Source of the DNA: Anthoceros angustus
Lineage: Eukaryota; Plantae; Anthocerotophyta
Assembly: GCA_010909165.1 (NCBI GenBank)
Contig: MU008167.1
Location: forward strand, 124,001 to 188,000
Length of the DNA stretch: 64,000 nt
Direction of reading: 5' to 3'
Shown here piece by piece: positions 22,391 to 34,806 of the stretch. Under the pieces are notes generated by a model, which was not told the origin of the DNA, searched no databases, and saw only the letters and a program-made list of their open reading frames with translations. The stretch's first letter is position 1. Each line of letters begins with the position of its first letter. The translations under genes and the position numbers were made by a program.

Positions 22391-23420
22391 CTTTGATGCC
22401 ATGCCGTCTTTTTCCTCGCTTCCCGAGGTTGGGCTCTGGGGGCTTCAGGCATCCCTCCTGGAGAAATAGCACGGGGAGGCACATTTGGCCCTCCTCCGGG
22501 ATTCCTCCATTCCTAGGCCCACTCGAGCTCGTCTCCGCTCTTGCTCGAGGAAGGGGGCAGGTTCCTGGCTTCTGGCTCAACCCAATATTCAGGCATTCCG
22601 CATCGCACCAACAACTTTTTCCACCGCGATGCCATTTTGCCTGGGCTTGGTCCATCCTTTGGCTTGCTCTCTTTCAACGTGCAGCTGCGGGGTCCCTCTC
22701 GATGACTTTGGGACGCACTTAGCTTGCTATCCCGTGGGTGGGCAACGTATTGCTATGCATGGCGTCGTCCGGGACGTCATGTTCTCTATTGCTAGGGAAG
22801 GTGGGTTCCTTCCATTTAGGGAGTGCCCTTACACCCTGCTCAACGGGGTTTCGATTAGGGCTGATCTATTTTTGACTCGGGGGATCGAGGTTTGATTCTT
22901 GATGTGGTTATGTCCGATCCCACCGGGATGTCTATGAACATGTTATCCTTAACCCTCCGGGTTGGGCGGAGGGATGCGCGACGGCTAAAGTCCACAATCT
23001 TGTCCATGCGGGATGGCCACGACCCGTCTTGCCCGCCGAGACTCACGGGCCATGGGCAAGGATTTCTCTAGGTTCGTCAAGGCCTGTGCCAAGGCTTATC
23101 ATAGCCGCAAGAATGGGGTTGACCTCCCCCTTTCTTGTGTTGTTGCTTTCTTCTGGCAAAGGGTTTCCAAGAGGGCGTTGGCCAAAGCAGTGTACAGAAC
23201 GACAGCGAGCGCGGATGCAGGTTCTTCAACACTGGTGGTAAGTAGGCTTTTTCACATCCCTGACCACGAAGTTCTTCGGGCGGTTGGTAGTTTTGAAATG
23301 CGCTATCGTGGGGGCTAGTCCCCCTGACATGGTGCTCTTCGTTGGGTTTTTCCTCCTTTGTTTTGGGGTGGATGGGCTTCTCCCATCTCATTTTTTTAAA
23401 TAAAGTCTTCTTTTCCTCTC
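22391..23420 (+). mobile_element. 5'-truncated CRE-like non-LTR retrotransposon (zinc knuckle, RLE and 3' UTR)
   Basis: GAGSWLLAQP, CSCG...DDFGTHL, HGVVRD, RADLFL and AMGKDFSRFVKACAKAY...VAFFWQRVS. It is frameshifted. Confidence 0.85.
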
Positions 23421-23609
23421 TTTGATTGCTATGTGTTTGGCAATATTTATATTTTTCTTTAAAAAAATTATTGCACATACTACAAGTGTATGATGTTTCA
23501 ATGATTATCATAGTGTCTATATATAATAGGGCAGCAATGATCAAGAGATCAGGAAGGAGTATATTTGGAATATAATATATCATGTAGAATTGCTGTCATA
23601 TTAACGAGA

Positions 23610-23713
23610 GTTTTTAGAGGTCACATTCATATAAAAAATGATTTTGCTTAGAATGAAAACAGTTTTTAGAGGTCACATTCATATAAAAAATGATTTTTCT
23701 TAGAATGAAAACA
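23610..23713. repeat. ~52-bp tandem duplication
   Basis: gtttttagaggtcacattcatataaaaaatgatttt.cttagaatgaaaaca occurs twice. Confidence 0.8.
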
Positions 23714-24049
23714 AACTACGGTTGACACCAAGCAAAATAGCATCAATAGTATCACCACTATAGATAGTCTAGAAGCTAATATTATTAAAGTAATAGAATT
23801 CACGAGGCTTATAGGAAGTGTCATCGTGGCACATGGGGATCATTTCATAGAATTAATTATATTACTCCAACAACCTTGCAGGTAGAGAGCAATTCGATGG
23901 CTCATTGAAAACTCCGACTTGTTTTACCTAATGTAATTTAATGTATAAAAAATATTTGGATTCACTAATATCCCGAATATTCGTACAACAGGGATAACAT
24001 GACTGGCATGTATGAACTCGTCACGTGCCGACGGCGCGGGTTCCCATGG

Positions 24050-27000
24050 TCAGGCCATGGAGAGTCTCTTCTTGGGCATATCGAGTATCATTGACTTGAG
24101 CATTTCAGCGAGTATGGCATCTGCAATTTCTGTGACCAAGACTACATTGGCCTCCAGCCACGATGTGTGCCATTCTTTACCCGTTGTGATCACTTGATTT
24201 TGTAGAAAACCCTGGGATTGATCGGGGCATGCACCTGTACTATTGGCCAGTTCCACGTCTTCTATAATGGCGGCCAGAGCCGTTTTCAAAGGATGCCCTG
24301 CTAGTGAGTCCCCCGGCACCCAGCCAGAATCAGGTATGTTCTTGCACATTGGGTTCAGGAGAGACGCCTGTATCTGGAAGCTTTCATTCACAGCATCAAA
24401 CAACACCCTGTTGTACATGTTCTGAGGGGACTCTGCTGAGTTCTTGCCAGTGACAGATTTTTGGTAGCTCTGCATATCATTGAACACCTTCCCGTCCAGC
24501 TCCAGTTCCTTTCCGGATGAGTTTCCGCCGACAGCACCATTCCCTTGGTGACTGGAGAATCTGATGAGGGTTTCAACGTACTCAGTTGCATAGGATGGAG
24601 TCAAGCTCCATGGTGGGCACTTCTCACGCTCAGCCGGCGCTGCTGCGTGTGGAGGAGCTTTTAGCCCTTTCGGATTGCCAGCTGTTTGTTTAGAAAGCTG
24701 GAGGACTGTACGTATGTTTTGGTGATCTTTTTCAGAATGTAGTGGGGGTTTGAAGCTGGTCCTCACCTTCCGCCTGATTGAATTTGCAGAGTTGTAGAAA
24801 GGATTATGCCACTGCCTGCCTGAGACTCCCATGGACGAGTGAACTTTCCTGTCAACAGTATCTGCAAAAGGGACCGCTCTTAGGAAAGAAGGTCATTACA
24901 ATTACCAAAACTTTCGGAATCAAACTACAGGAGTAGCACCTGGTGCTCTGGCACAGCAAAGATTTGGTTGAGACATACAGTGCTTTTACCAGATAGCTCC
25001 GCCTGCAACATGTTGTCAAGAAGTGTACTTGTCAAGAGGTCTGCTAGGAGGTGATACTTTGCACCTTTATCTGTTTCACTCAATGGCCTCTTTTCGGCTA
25101 CGCCTGAGGGTTGTAGAAGATCTGAGTTTCTGGGGCTACTAATTCTACAGTCTTCATCTAGGCTCCCCCGGAGTCCCGAGGCTGCTTCATGCACTTCTTC
25201 CTTGATGTTTTGGACCTTCTCTGGAAAGCTCACTTCAAGGTAATTTGAGGAAGGTTGTGCACACGCATGTTCCTCCGGTCGGACCAGCGTTTCACTAAGT
25301 ACTTGTATGTGGGCTTCTTGCTGACGTTGATCTTCACAAGCTCCAGCCGTGCTACCTACGGGTGTTGTGTAGCACTTTGAACTGTCTGTAGGAAGATCTT
25401 TTTCACTAGAAGAAATGGGAAGTACCTTTTCAGGCCAATAAGCTTGCCCATTGCCTGCCCCATCAGTTTTCCTTATCGTGGAGTTCATGAACCCTTTCGT
25501 TTCCCCAGGAGTTGTTGTAGAAGTCAGCACAGAACCTGCCCCCTCCTCTATACTTGGGTACAGATGCTGAGCTGACGGAGATGTCCCACCATCCTTCTCA
25601 TGGGATCTGGTGGTGTCAAATCCATGAATCTGTTCGCAGCGGTCGGTCCATGTTTCACAGCTTTCAACTGAGTTCCTCTCGCTGTGGCCACCAGCAGTGA
25701 ATCTGCTCACTGAATTCTCATCATCTTCGCAGACAATGTCCTCCGGGATGTCTTCTTCTCGCATGTAATCCCAAGTGGATTGGATAATAGCGTCTGGAGC
25801 CATGTGATCGACCGAGATTGATGACGGTTCTTCTGGTTTGTTTGTTGCATGCACCTGAGCTGAGATTGTTGTTTCAGCTCTTTGATCTTGAATGATTGCT
25901 GCCTCATGGGCAGTCTGACCTCCTACGTGGGTTGGTGCATCATCCCGACTGTCATCTGATGCGTTCGATCTTCCAGATAAGGCCGATGGAGTGAAGCTAT
26001 CATTTAGATAACTGTAGTGTATTGGGTTGTTTTCTAAGGCTGGCCTTTCTTCTGTGTCTGAGTCAACACTGGAAGACATTTGAGATGACTGGTCACCAAT
26101 AGAATCATTAAGGGATGGTAAAGCATCCAAAAGCTGCTGCCTTTTGTCTAGAGACATTGGGGGTTTAGTTTCCATGTAGTTATCATTAGGCTGCATACTT
26201 TTTCCCACACCTTGTAAAAGAGCGTGGAATGTTTCCTTCAATGCTGCATTCCTCAGTTGGTGATCTTCCAACACCCTCTTCTCCGGAACCAGAACTCCTT
26301 CATCCCCCCCATATAAATGATCATTTGGTATACGAAAGGGACTACTAACAGAACTACTGCTTTCATTGTCATCATCCTGTCTGTTGCCCTTAGTCTGCGT
26401 CATATCCTCTGGTCTGCTGGAGATGGCACTGAAACATGATACCAGTTTGATGTCTTCTTCCTCAGCTGTTGAAGTTGTTTGAGCACAAGAAATGTGCTCC
26501 GAGATAATGCTCAAGCATATCCCAGTGTGCAATGGATCACCTGTCTGCCCAACATTGTCTAGTTTAGCAACAAGTTCCACCAATGTGTGAGTCCGGCTGG
26601 TGGCAGCCATGTCCTTGTAACTCAGATTCTCAGCTGGGTTCTTGTTTGTACCGAAAGGTCTGATCTCTTCTCCAGGAGATTGCAGATTGTGGCACGCATG
26701 GTTTTTGGCGCTATCTTCACAATTGTCCCGGCTCTGCTGTTCACCGGTTTCTGTGCTTTCAGACTTGAAGTGGGTTGTCTCGGTGGGCATCTGATTCTCG
26801 ACGTCCTTACCTCGGATGCCATCTGCAAGCTGACATGCAGCAAGCTTTGAGGGAATCTGGTAGTTTGCATCGACCAGTTTATAGGGTCTGTTGATCGGCG
26901 CAGATCGGTTTGCTATGAAAAGGTCACCAGCCTCCTGTGAGTTGCCTTGAAATGGAGGAAGTTCAATAGTAGTAAGGCCTTCACACACAGCTTCACGATG

Positions 27001-30000
27001 CTTGTCGTCCTCAGGCTCTGCGACTAAGATAATGTCTTCCTCAATCTCTTGACCTTCCACAGCGGTACTTTGAAGAGCTTCACCTGCTTCCCTTTGTGGA
27101 ACATTGAACTGCTTAAGCTTTTGTGTCCTTGGGACGGAAGTGACACTGAATTCAGTGGTAATGCTCTCTTCTGACTCCATTGGTGTGATGTTGCTCCAGG
27201 AAGTTCTACCGTGTAGATCCTTTTTACCTTTGTGCTTGCGAGATTGAGATTGCCTTGCCACATCATTAGGACCTGCTCTGTCTGTCCGTGACAATGACGC
27301 TTCTGCACAAAGTGTCGCCTGAGCAACTGGTTGCACTGGGCTCTTTGTGGAAGTTGGTGAACTCTTCTGAGTCGTTTGAGTGGCATTCATGCCTAATGTC
27401 TCAACGTGCTTCCTCTGTCCACCAAATCTTGAAGGTTGTCTGGCCATCAGGCAACTGGAGGTACCACTAGAAGATGTCTGTGTGACCTTTCCGCGAGCCC
27501 CGGGGTCCTTGTGTGAGCGACCACCTTTCAATTCCTGATCTCTCCTCCCGCCACCGCCGATTTGCATAACTGGCATACTCAGTTTTTGGATTTCGAACTC
27601 AACATCTGTGATCTCTTGCAGACTTGCAGCACCTAACTGAGCTCCATGGCAACTTACGGAGTTCACCACTGATCTCGTCCCTTCGCGTGCGTGTCCCTGG
27701 TCAGCATGCCTCACAATTCCTGCTGACCGAGCATTTGCTGCAGAAAATGACATTGAGCTCGCATCTTTCACCTTTGATGTAGACTCTTCACTCAGGAATG
27801 AGTCTGAATACCCCTGCATATTGGACAGTGATGGCTCACGAGCCACACTATTCGGCTCAAGTGGCCTGGAAGACGCCTTTACTTCAGAAGAGTCAGAAGA
27901 TATGTCGTCCATGGAAATGATCTTCACGGCTGAGGCTATGCTTCTTTTGTGTCTATCGTCAATCGTGAAAGCCATGAAGGGTGAACTTGGTGTAAACAAG
28001 CTTTGGCTGGCAATTATGGGCTTCTCCTGGTCGTTAGAACCTGCTTTCGGAGTGATTTCTCCCATCTGGGACGTAAGCCTCTGTACAGTCCAATGAAGAA
28101 TGTCATCGCGGCCTCCTTGAAATAGCTTATGACAACTTTGGATTCATGTCCCAGAGTAAGGGCTAGACCTGAATCTTCTTCTCCAGTTTCGTTTTTTGCA
28201 AAAGCACAGGCTTTTTCCGTTCGCGCTTTGGGGCAACAACTCTGCGTGGCTTAGCAACTCCAGGCACTGTACGAAGAGCTGTTTCATCAGCTACGCAGCC
28301 GCTACAGATGCTCTGAATACCCGTGGGGACAACTGCATGAACCTTGGCGCAAGAAATCACAATGAGGAGGGGTGGGTTCAGAGTCTTCACCTGCTCTCTT
28401 GATGGTTTTCTTGTCTAGCTTGACTTGCTGTACCATGGACTTCTTCATTGATTGGAGTGCAGCTGCCTGCCTTTGTACCTGCGGAGATGGCTGTTCAGGA
28501 GTCACCTTATGCTTCTTTCTCATAGTAGATCCCTTTGGTGCAGGTTGTACCGCAGATACTTTCAGATCTTCACCATAGTTGGCAGCCTGTGTAGATACAG
28601 CCATTGTTAGGACCTTTCATATTAATGGTAAAAGATCACCCAGTGGATCCAGTTTGTGCGTACGAATGAATGAAGGAGACAACCTTTTTAGGACTGGCTT
28701 GCAACTTCCACATGCTGTCGCTTGTTACTGCTATGTGGCTTTCTGTCTCCGCTGAGAATCCTTGTGATACTGCATCATCGAGGTGTTGCATCCGCCGTAG
28801 CTTGCGAAGTAGTCTTTGTTCCTTCCGGAGTTGCATTCTTACCTGTTGCACATGGATGGAAACACAAATTTGAACCTCTGAAAATCATCCAGCTCATGAC
28901 TAGACCTCGGAGCTAACAAATATGTTATTTATGATTGTCATTCGCCTTGACCTTGTAGAGAGCAAGTGCCTCGGCATCATCTTGAGATATCCTGTGCTCT
29001 GTGTAAGACTCCCTTGTGCAACCTCTCAGGGCGCTGTCCAGGGTAGTGCCATCGATAGAAATCTATGAAACGTGGAACATCAGAAAAGTGAGAACTTACG
29101 CTCTCTTTGGGCTTACAGAATTAAGCTCAATCTGTGTGCTTCCACATAGTACTTGTGAAGCTCGGATAAGTGGCTGAGTCTCAATCCTTGTTGTTCTTGT
29201 TGGGGCTTCTGGACGTGGTCCATGGGCTAAAACATCTTGACTTTTGGCGCTCGAATGTTTCTTGGTTCGAGTTTTGGGGGCATGCCTGTCGTAACCGACA
29301 GACAAAAATGTTACGAACAGTGAAGCATACAGACAACTCCAGACATATGGAGAAACTAGCTTGCCTGCCTGATCATGCACGCCATATGTATACACCCGGA
29401 GAACATCAAGAAGTAGGACTAGTCTAGGTGGCCAGCTGACCCTGACCTTGGTAGCAGGTCTTCTCCCCAAAGCTCACGTTTCCCATTGCTACGTTCAGTT
29501 GCCCTGACTGCAGAGGGAAAACCAAGCTGCTGTGAAGCATCCTTCCAGAGGACCGGGTGCAGAGGGAGTTTGGGCTAGATGTACTGACCTGGGATAGCAC
29601 TCGCCTCGAACTCATTTTGCATGGATCTGACGAAATCTGCAGTAGCAGGCCGTTGGGATGGACATCTTTTGGGCTTGCCGGAAATTTCGGTCATAATCTC
29701 AGCGACGATCATTTCGGAGTCACCGAGATCGCTTTTGTCATCTGTATACACACCAGGAGTATAGGTCTTCATTCCTGACGAGCTCGACGGTGATCGGTGG
29801 CTGTGAGACGTCGTTTCTGCAAAGGATAGCCTTTGTCGCTGTCGTGCATGTTTGCCAACTTCATGGGACAGACATGAGGTTGGGGATACAGGAGCATCTT
29901 TTCTCTCTCGAGCCTTCAGCTGTTCGGCCTTTCGTTTCGCGTACATATTGATAATGCTGAAGGAATCTCCTGTCCTCGGCAACGTCCATTCCTTATCGAA

Positions 30001-33000
30001 AGTAATACCATCCACCTCAAACAAAGTATCCATCTCCTTGCTCTCTTGTTTGAGGTTCTGTGGTGTCCGCCTTGTACATTTGTTGGAGTCCATTTTGTCT
30101 TCGTCAAAGCTAACTTGAGATTCTGTGCAATTCGTCCTGCTTACATCTAAACTTGACGGTGCTGATGAGCAACGGATGCTGGGGAGAACAGCACAGTCAC
30201 CTATCAAAGACTGATCACAGTTGTTGACACCATCCATTGTTTGACCCGCTTTTGCAAGTGCTGGAGCTTGACCTTGCTCAGTTGCTCTGTAGTTGTAAGG
30301 TCCTGACAGAGGTACTCCTGCTTGTTCCAGCTCGCTAAGATCCAAAGCCCCCCTCCTAAAGCCCTTAGAAGAAGCACCTGGCCTTGGAGGGATGGCCATC
30401 GCAGAATACGAGGCTCTCATACTCTGGGTGCTGGCTCCGACACCCTGATTTGAGGCTCTTGTACTTGGACCAGAGCTCCTCACACTCTGCATGTTTGTAC
30501 GCTGTTCTTTTTGAGTCTCAGGTCTTGACTGTGACATGATATCTTTCGTCTCTCCTCTGCCTTGTGGTGAAGAAGGTCTCAAGACAAAACCTCCCCCGCA
30601 AACTCTCTTTCTGTCCTTCTCAGAGGATGGGGAGACGTTGCTAGCACCTGAAAGCTTGGTTGTACTAGCAAACTGCCTGAACGGGGATCCAGGCCTTTGA
30701 CCGGTAGTAAACTCGTGGTTTTGAGACGAGTCACTGAAGTAGACTAAAGGAGGAGATTCCAGTTTCCTCTGTTTCGCAGTTGAAGGAGCAGAAATCGGAG
30801 ATGACTGCATGACATCTCTCGATCGTAGATGTGTCACTTTCACGTCTGGCTGCTCTTTCCTCTTCTTTGTAGACAACGGCAAATCCACCTTTCCATCCGA
30901 TCCTTTGCTTCTGTAAGAGGTAGAGACTAGCTGCTTCTTTTCCTTGCTTTCATGTTTCTCGGGTGTCCCTGAAAGCTTGCGGAGGTTTTCCTTTGCTGGA
31001 GCTGGGCTGCTTTCATACCAACTCTCTGAACCTTCCGTGATCCTGGAAGTCAAGGCTTTCTCTCTTTCATCTGGAACAGGTGTTACGGATGCCCCCCTTA
31101 GTGCGTCCTTCTCCCTCCTGCGCTTTTCTTTACTTTTCCCCTTTCCCTTCGTCATTGTCTTTGAGCTTCCAGAGATTGCTCCTTTTGAACCTTTCTTCCG
31201 ACCACCTTGGAGTGACCGGATGACTTTTTTCTTGCGGCTGTCAATAACCTCACGCCGCTCTCGCTGTCATCAGACAAGCTAGATATTTTCAAACAAAGAG
31301 GTGATTGTTGAGCACAGACTCCTTTTCTTCCACAAGGAAAGTGATCCTAACACTCACACAGCGACAAAGTTCAACTAATCTGCTACACCATTTCAAATCT
31401 GAGCAAGAAATTGGGCAAGTGCTGACGAGCCTGCACTCCAGATCCTATACGGTGAGTGGCATCCATATCCAAAACGAATCTAAAACTCGTTCAGGTGTGT
31501 ACCCATCCAGAAGTTCATCAAAATCTCCAAAGAATCATCAGACTAGCTTCACACCCACTTCAGGTCATCACTTAGTTTGGCCACAAAGAAGAAGATTCTG
31601 CATACCTTTCTGTTACCTGCTGCATACGGTGAAGGTGGAGGTCTTAAAGATGAAAACGTTGGTTTATACCTGTAGAACTCCATAAATCTGCATAAGTTCT
31701 CTCCTTTTCAAAGCATCCCTTCCTCCATAATGGTTCATAGTTGTGGAGTTCTTCCACCTTGCTTTCTTGTTAGAACCACTGAAAGGATCCTTAGGCTTCG
31801 TAGGCTTTGGGGTCTTGTGCTGCCGAGATTTACCTTTCCCACCCTTATTTGAGCGCAAGACTACATGTATGTTCTGACTACTGAGAGAATCTGTGTCCTC
31901 ATCTGCTGGCAGCTCTGGTGTCCTTCTGGTTGAACCCGAGGCATGCGCAAGATTCACATCCTGGGATTCAACAGTCACCAGCTTGCTCAGACCACTTCTC
32001 GTGCTGAGGAAGCCTCCCTCAGAGCTTGCCCAGGGTCCAATTCCATCAGCTCGTGCAGGATCGAAGTCCGAATTCCATGCGGGTCGTACAACAGGTGGCT
32101 TGTCTTTCGCTCTTTCAGCCTCACTGCAACAATAGAAAATGTCTCAAAGCATCAAAGGTGAGCCAATTAAGCCTCTAGGACGAGAGATCAGGGATCTGCT
32201 GCGTACGCAGAAATCGATGAGTGCAAGGTGACAAGCTTACAGTTCCAGCATGGCCTGGTGGTGAAGTTGCAACAACCTTTCCTTCTCCTTTTTAGCAATA
32301 GCCTGGGCATCTGCCTTCCGCTTCTTATCTCTTTGCTCCTTTCTCCTCATAAACTGTTTATTCTCCATGAATTTGAGGATCTGCGAGTTTCATTTTGGTT
32401 TGTGGTGGACATGATGGTTTGATGGCTTGTAGAGAAAGTATTTGAGTGCACCCTTCAAATTGGACTGGGACTTCCCTTTTAACTAGATGAGGTTATAGCA
32501 GATCCGTACCTCGGTGAGCTTCTCGGAGCTTCCTTTCTTGGATGCAGTGCATTCCATAGGTTGTTTCACAGGTATACTGGAAGTTGTTGGCATTCCCCAT
32601 CTCCAAGGCCTGGCGTAAGTGGGAGCAAATCTTCTATCAACATCATCAGAGGCTGTGAAGTCATCCCAAGCTTTTTTGAAGAACTCACGGCCTTGAGCAG
32701 CAGATGCGGAGTCATTCCTTGATGTCCCCTGTGCGTTCCCAGCAAGCTTAGAGGACGAAGATCCCGAGGGTGCTGAAACAGGTCTTCTTGAAGCCTGTCC
32801 CGGAGGCACCCAAGCAGTAGAGATGGGCCGGTTACCCACTGGCAACCGTGCAGATGAAGGCCTAGAGGAATGAGGGCCCATCGGAGGCAAGACACCAAAG
32901 GTCATCCTAGAAGGCTGACCTGCAGGTATCCAAGCGGAACTCGGTTTATCTTTTCCTGCTTGGTTAACCCTGGGCTTAGATGGGGAAAATCTATCCTTCC

Positions 33001-33787
33001 CAGCTGAGTTTATCTCACCAGCTTTTGCATCATGCGCAAATGTCTCCCACTTCCCCGGAACAGTCTTCTTCAGATGTAGCGGCATCTGTCGTTCTGCAGT
33101 TGGAGAAGGTGAGGAACTTTCGTCACCAAATTCCCTCAAATCGTGCACAACAGTCCTGCCAACAAAGAATTCCTCGAATTTCGACGAGGGAGACATCCCC
33201 TCCAGTCCTCGAGTCCGTAGAACAGGTTTCCTGATCGTGCGGCATCTAACATTGTCCAGAGTATCGGTCTTCTGTCGGGCCTCAGGTGGTAGTGGCCATT
33301 GCACCTTCTCAGCATGTTTTGTGAGAGTGAAATCCCGGCCAAGTATCCTGGTGACATTAGACTCGAGGCCCTCCAGTGATGCATTCCTCAATTCCTTCTC
33401 CCTCGCCAGCAAGCCCGTCCTTCTCTCCGGAGAAGAGCGAGTAGAACTCAAAGTCTCGAGGTCGGACCTGGCAGTTGGCTGAACAGAAAAGCTTTGCTGG
33501 CCACTACTCTGAGGCCTCCTTCGTGCAACCCAGTCATTCCGCTCCTTGATTGTATTCAGAAGCACCTCCACAGCAGCAGCCCTGCTCTCCTTTTCTGCCT
33601 CCTGCTGCCGAGGGCTCCTGTGGGACGACTTCCAGGAGGGAGGAGTACGCGGAGAAGGCTTTGAATGCTTCAAATACTGCACGAAGAAATCCAGCTCCGC
33701 CGGGGCATTCTTTGCTATGAGCCTGACAAGCTCAGGACTGACGTACTCCGGAAGTGGATCGTGAGAAGACCTAGGGCTGCTAACCAT
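24050..33787 (-). CDS. Very large multi-exon Ser/Pro/charged protein with coiled-coil exons and a DUF4378/TRM-CAP350-like C-terminus
   Basis: Long same-strand ORFs (434, 526, 1046 and 260 aa plus small exons) are flanked by GT/AG sites. The C-terminus is YNRVLFDAVNE...W...VLVTEIADAILAEMLKSMI. The exon structure is only partly resolved, and the region could be two genes. Confidence 0.65.
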
Positions 33788-34559
33788 CTTGCCAACTTCT
33801 CAAACACTATCACTGCCCATGTCCAAGCTGGAACCCCTCACCAAACTTGGCTTTCCCATGAACTTCCCTCTATTCCAAGCCTCACCACACAAATGCTTGA
33901 TGCCTGGCTCCTGTACTTGTGGCCAGCAAAGATAGACGAGGCAACATAAAATCAGTGCACCAAACCTAACCAAGAACGGATATCCTATCCTCCTATCTAT
34001 CCAAAATTCTGTCCGGCTCATCCCACAGGACCAAAGAAACAGCAAGAAGGCAATTGTGCAATCTCCAGGATCTCCTCGGTGCATCCAACCTCCAGCACAC
34101 AAGCAACACCAGTAAAATGCTCAACAAGGAAACACACAAATCCCATTTCCAAAACTTTCACAAGCACAAGAAACAGCAGTCAGGTCAGCAGAATGCAGAG
34201 GATTGCCACGACAGTGAAATACTGCACAAACCACCAAAAGTCAGGAGAAAAGACGAGCAGCATCGCTGCAACTGCGGCACACACAGAAAAAACCACAGCC
34301 AGCAAACCAAAGAACAAACTGACACACATTCTGCAGGATCGCACCTGCGCAGGCGACAGCCCGACCCCGACGAGGCGAGGACGCGGAAAGCGCAAGAAGG
34401 AGACGTCTCGCTGCAGCGACGCAAGGCGAGGCGAGGATCGAAGAAGCACAAGAGCCGATGAAAGAATCTGGAAAGAAGCTGGAAAGAAACGTAGCACCAA
34501 GGCCCGAGTCCCGCCGCCCCGACCGCTTCCCCGCACCCTCAGGCTTCGCTTTGATTCCC

Positions 34560-34800
34560 TCCCTGCAGCCAGGCCCAACGGTTTCGGACCAGACGGGACC
34601 GGGTTCTGACGCAGCCAGCTGTTACTGTTAAGTTTCTGTTAAGCTGGCGGCGGACCAATGGGCGGCCGCCGACGGGCCCGGTCGCCCAGGGTTTTACAGC
34701 TTGAGAGGGTGGCTTAACGGGGGATTTCGCTTCACTCCTCCGTTGCTGTGCCTCGAGCTTCCTGGAAAGCGCCCAGTTGCCGAGACGGTGAAGTGCGATT
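34560..34800. promoter_or_regulatory. GC-rich putative bidirectional promoter between the large gene and CPA
   Basis: Head-to-head start codons ~1 kb apart, a site II-like GGCCCA at ~34572 and a CCAAT at ~34655. Confidence 0.35.
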
Positions 34801-34806
34801 TTGGGT

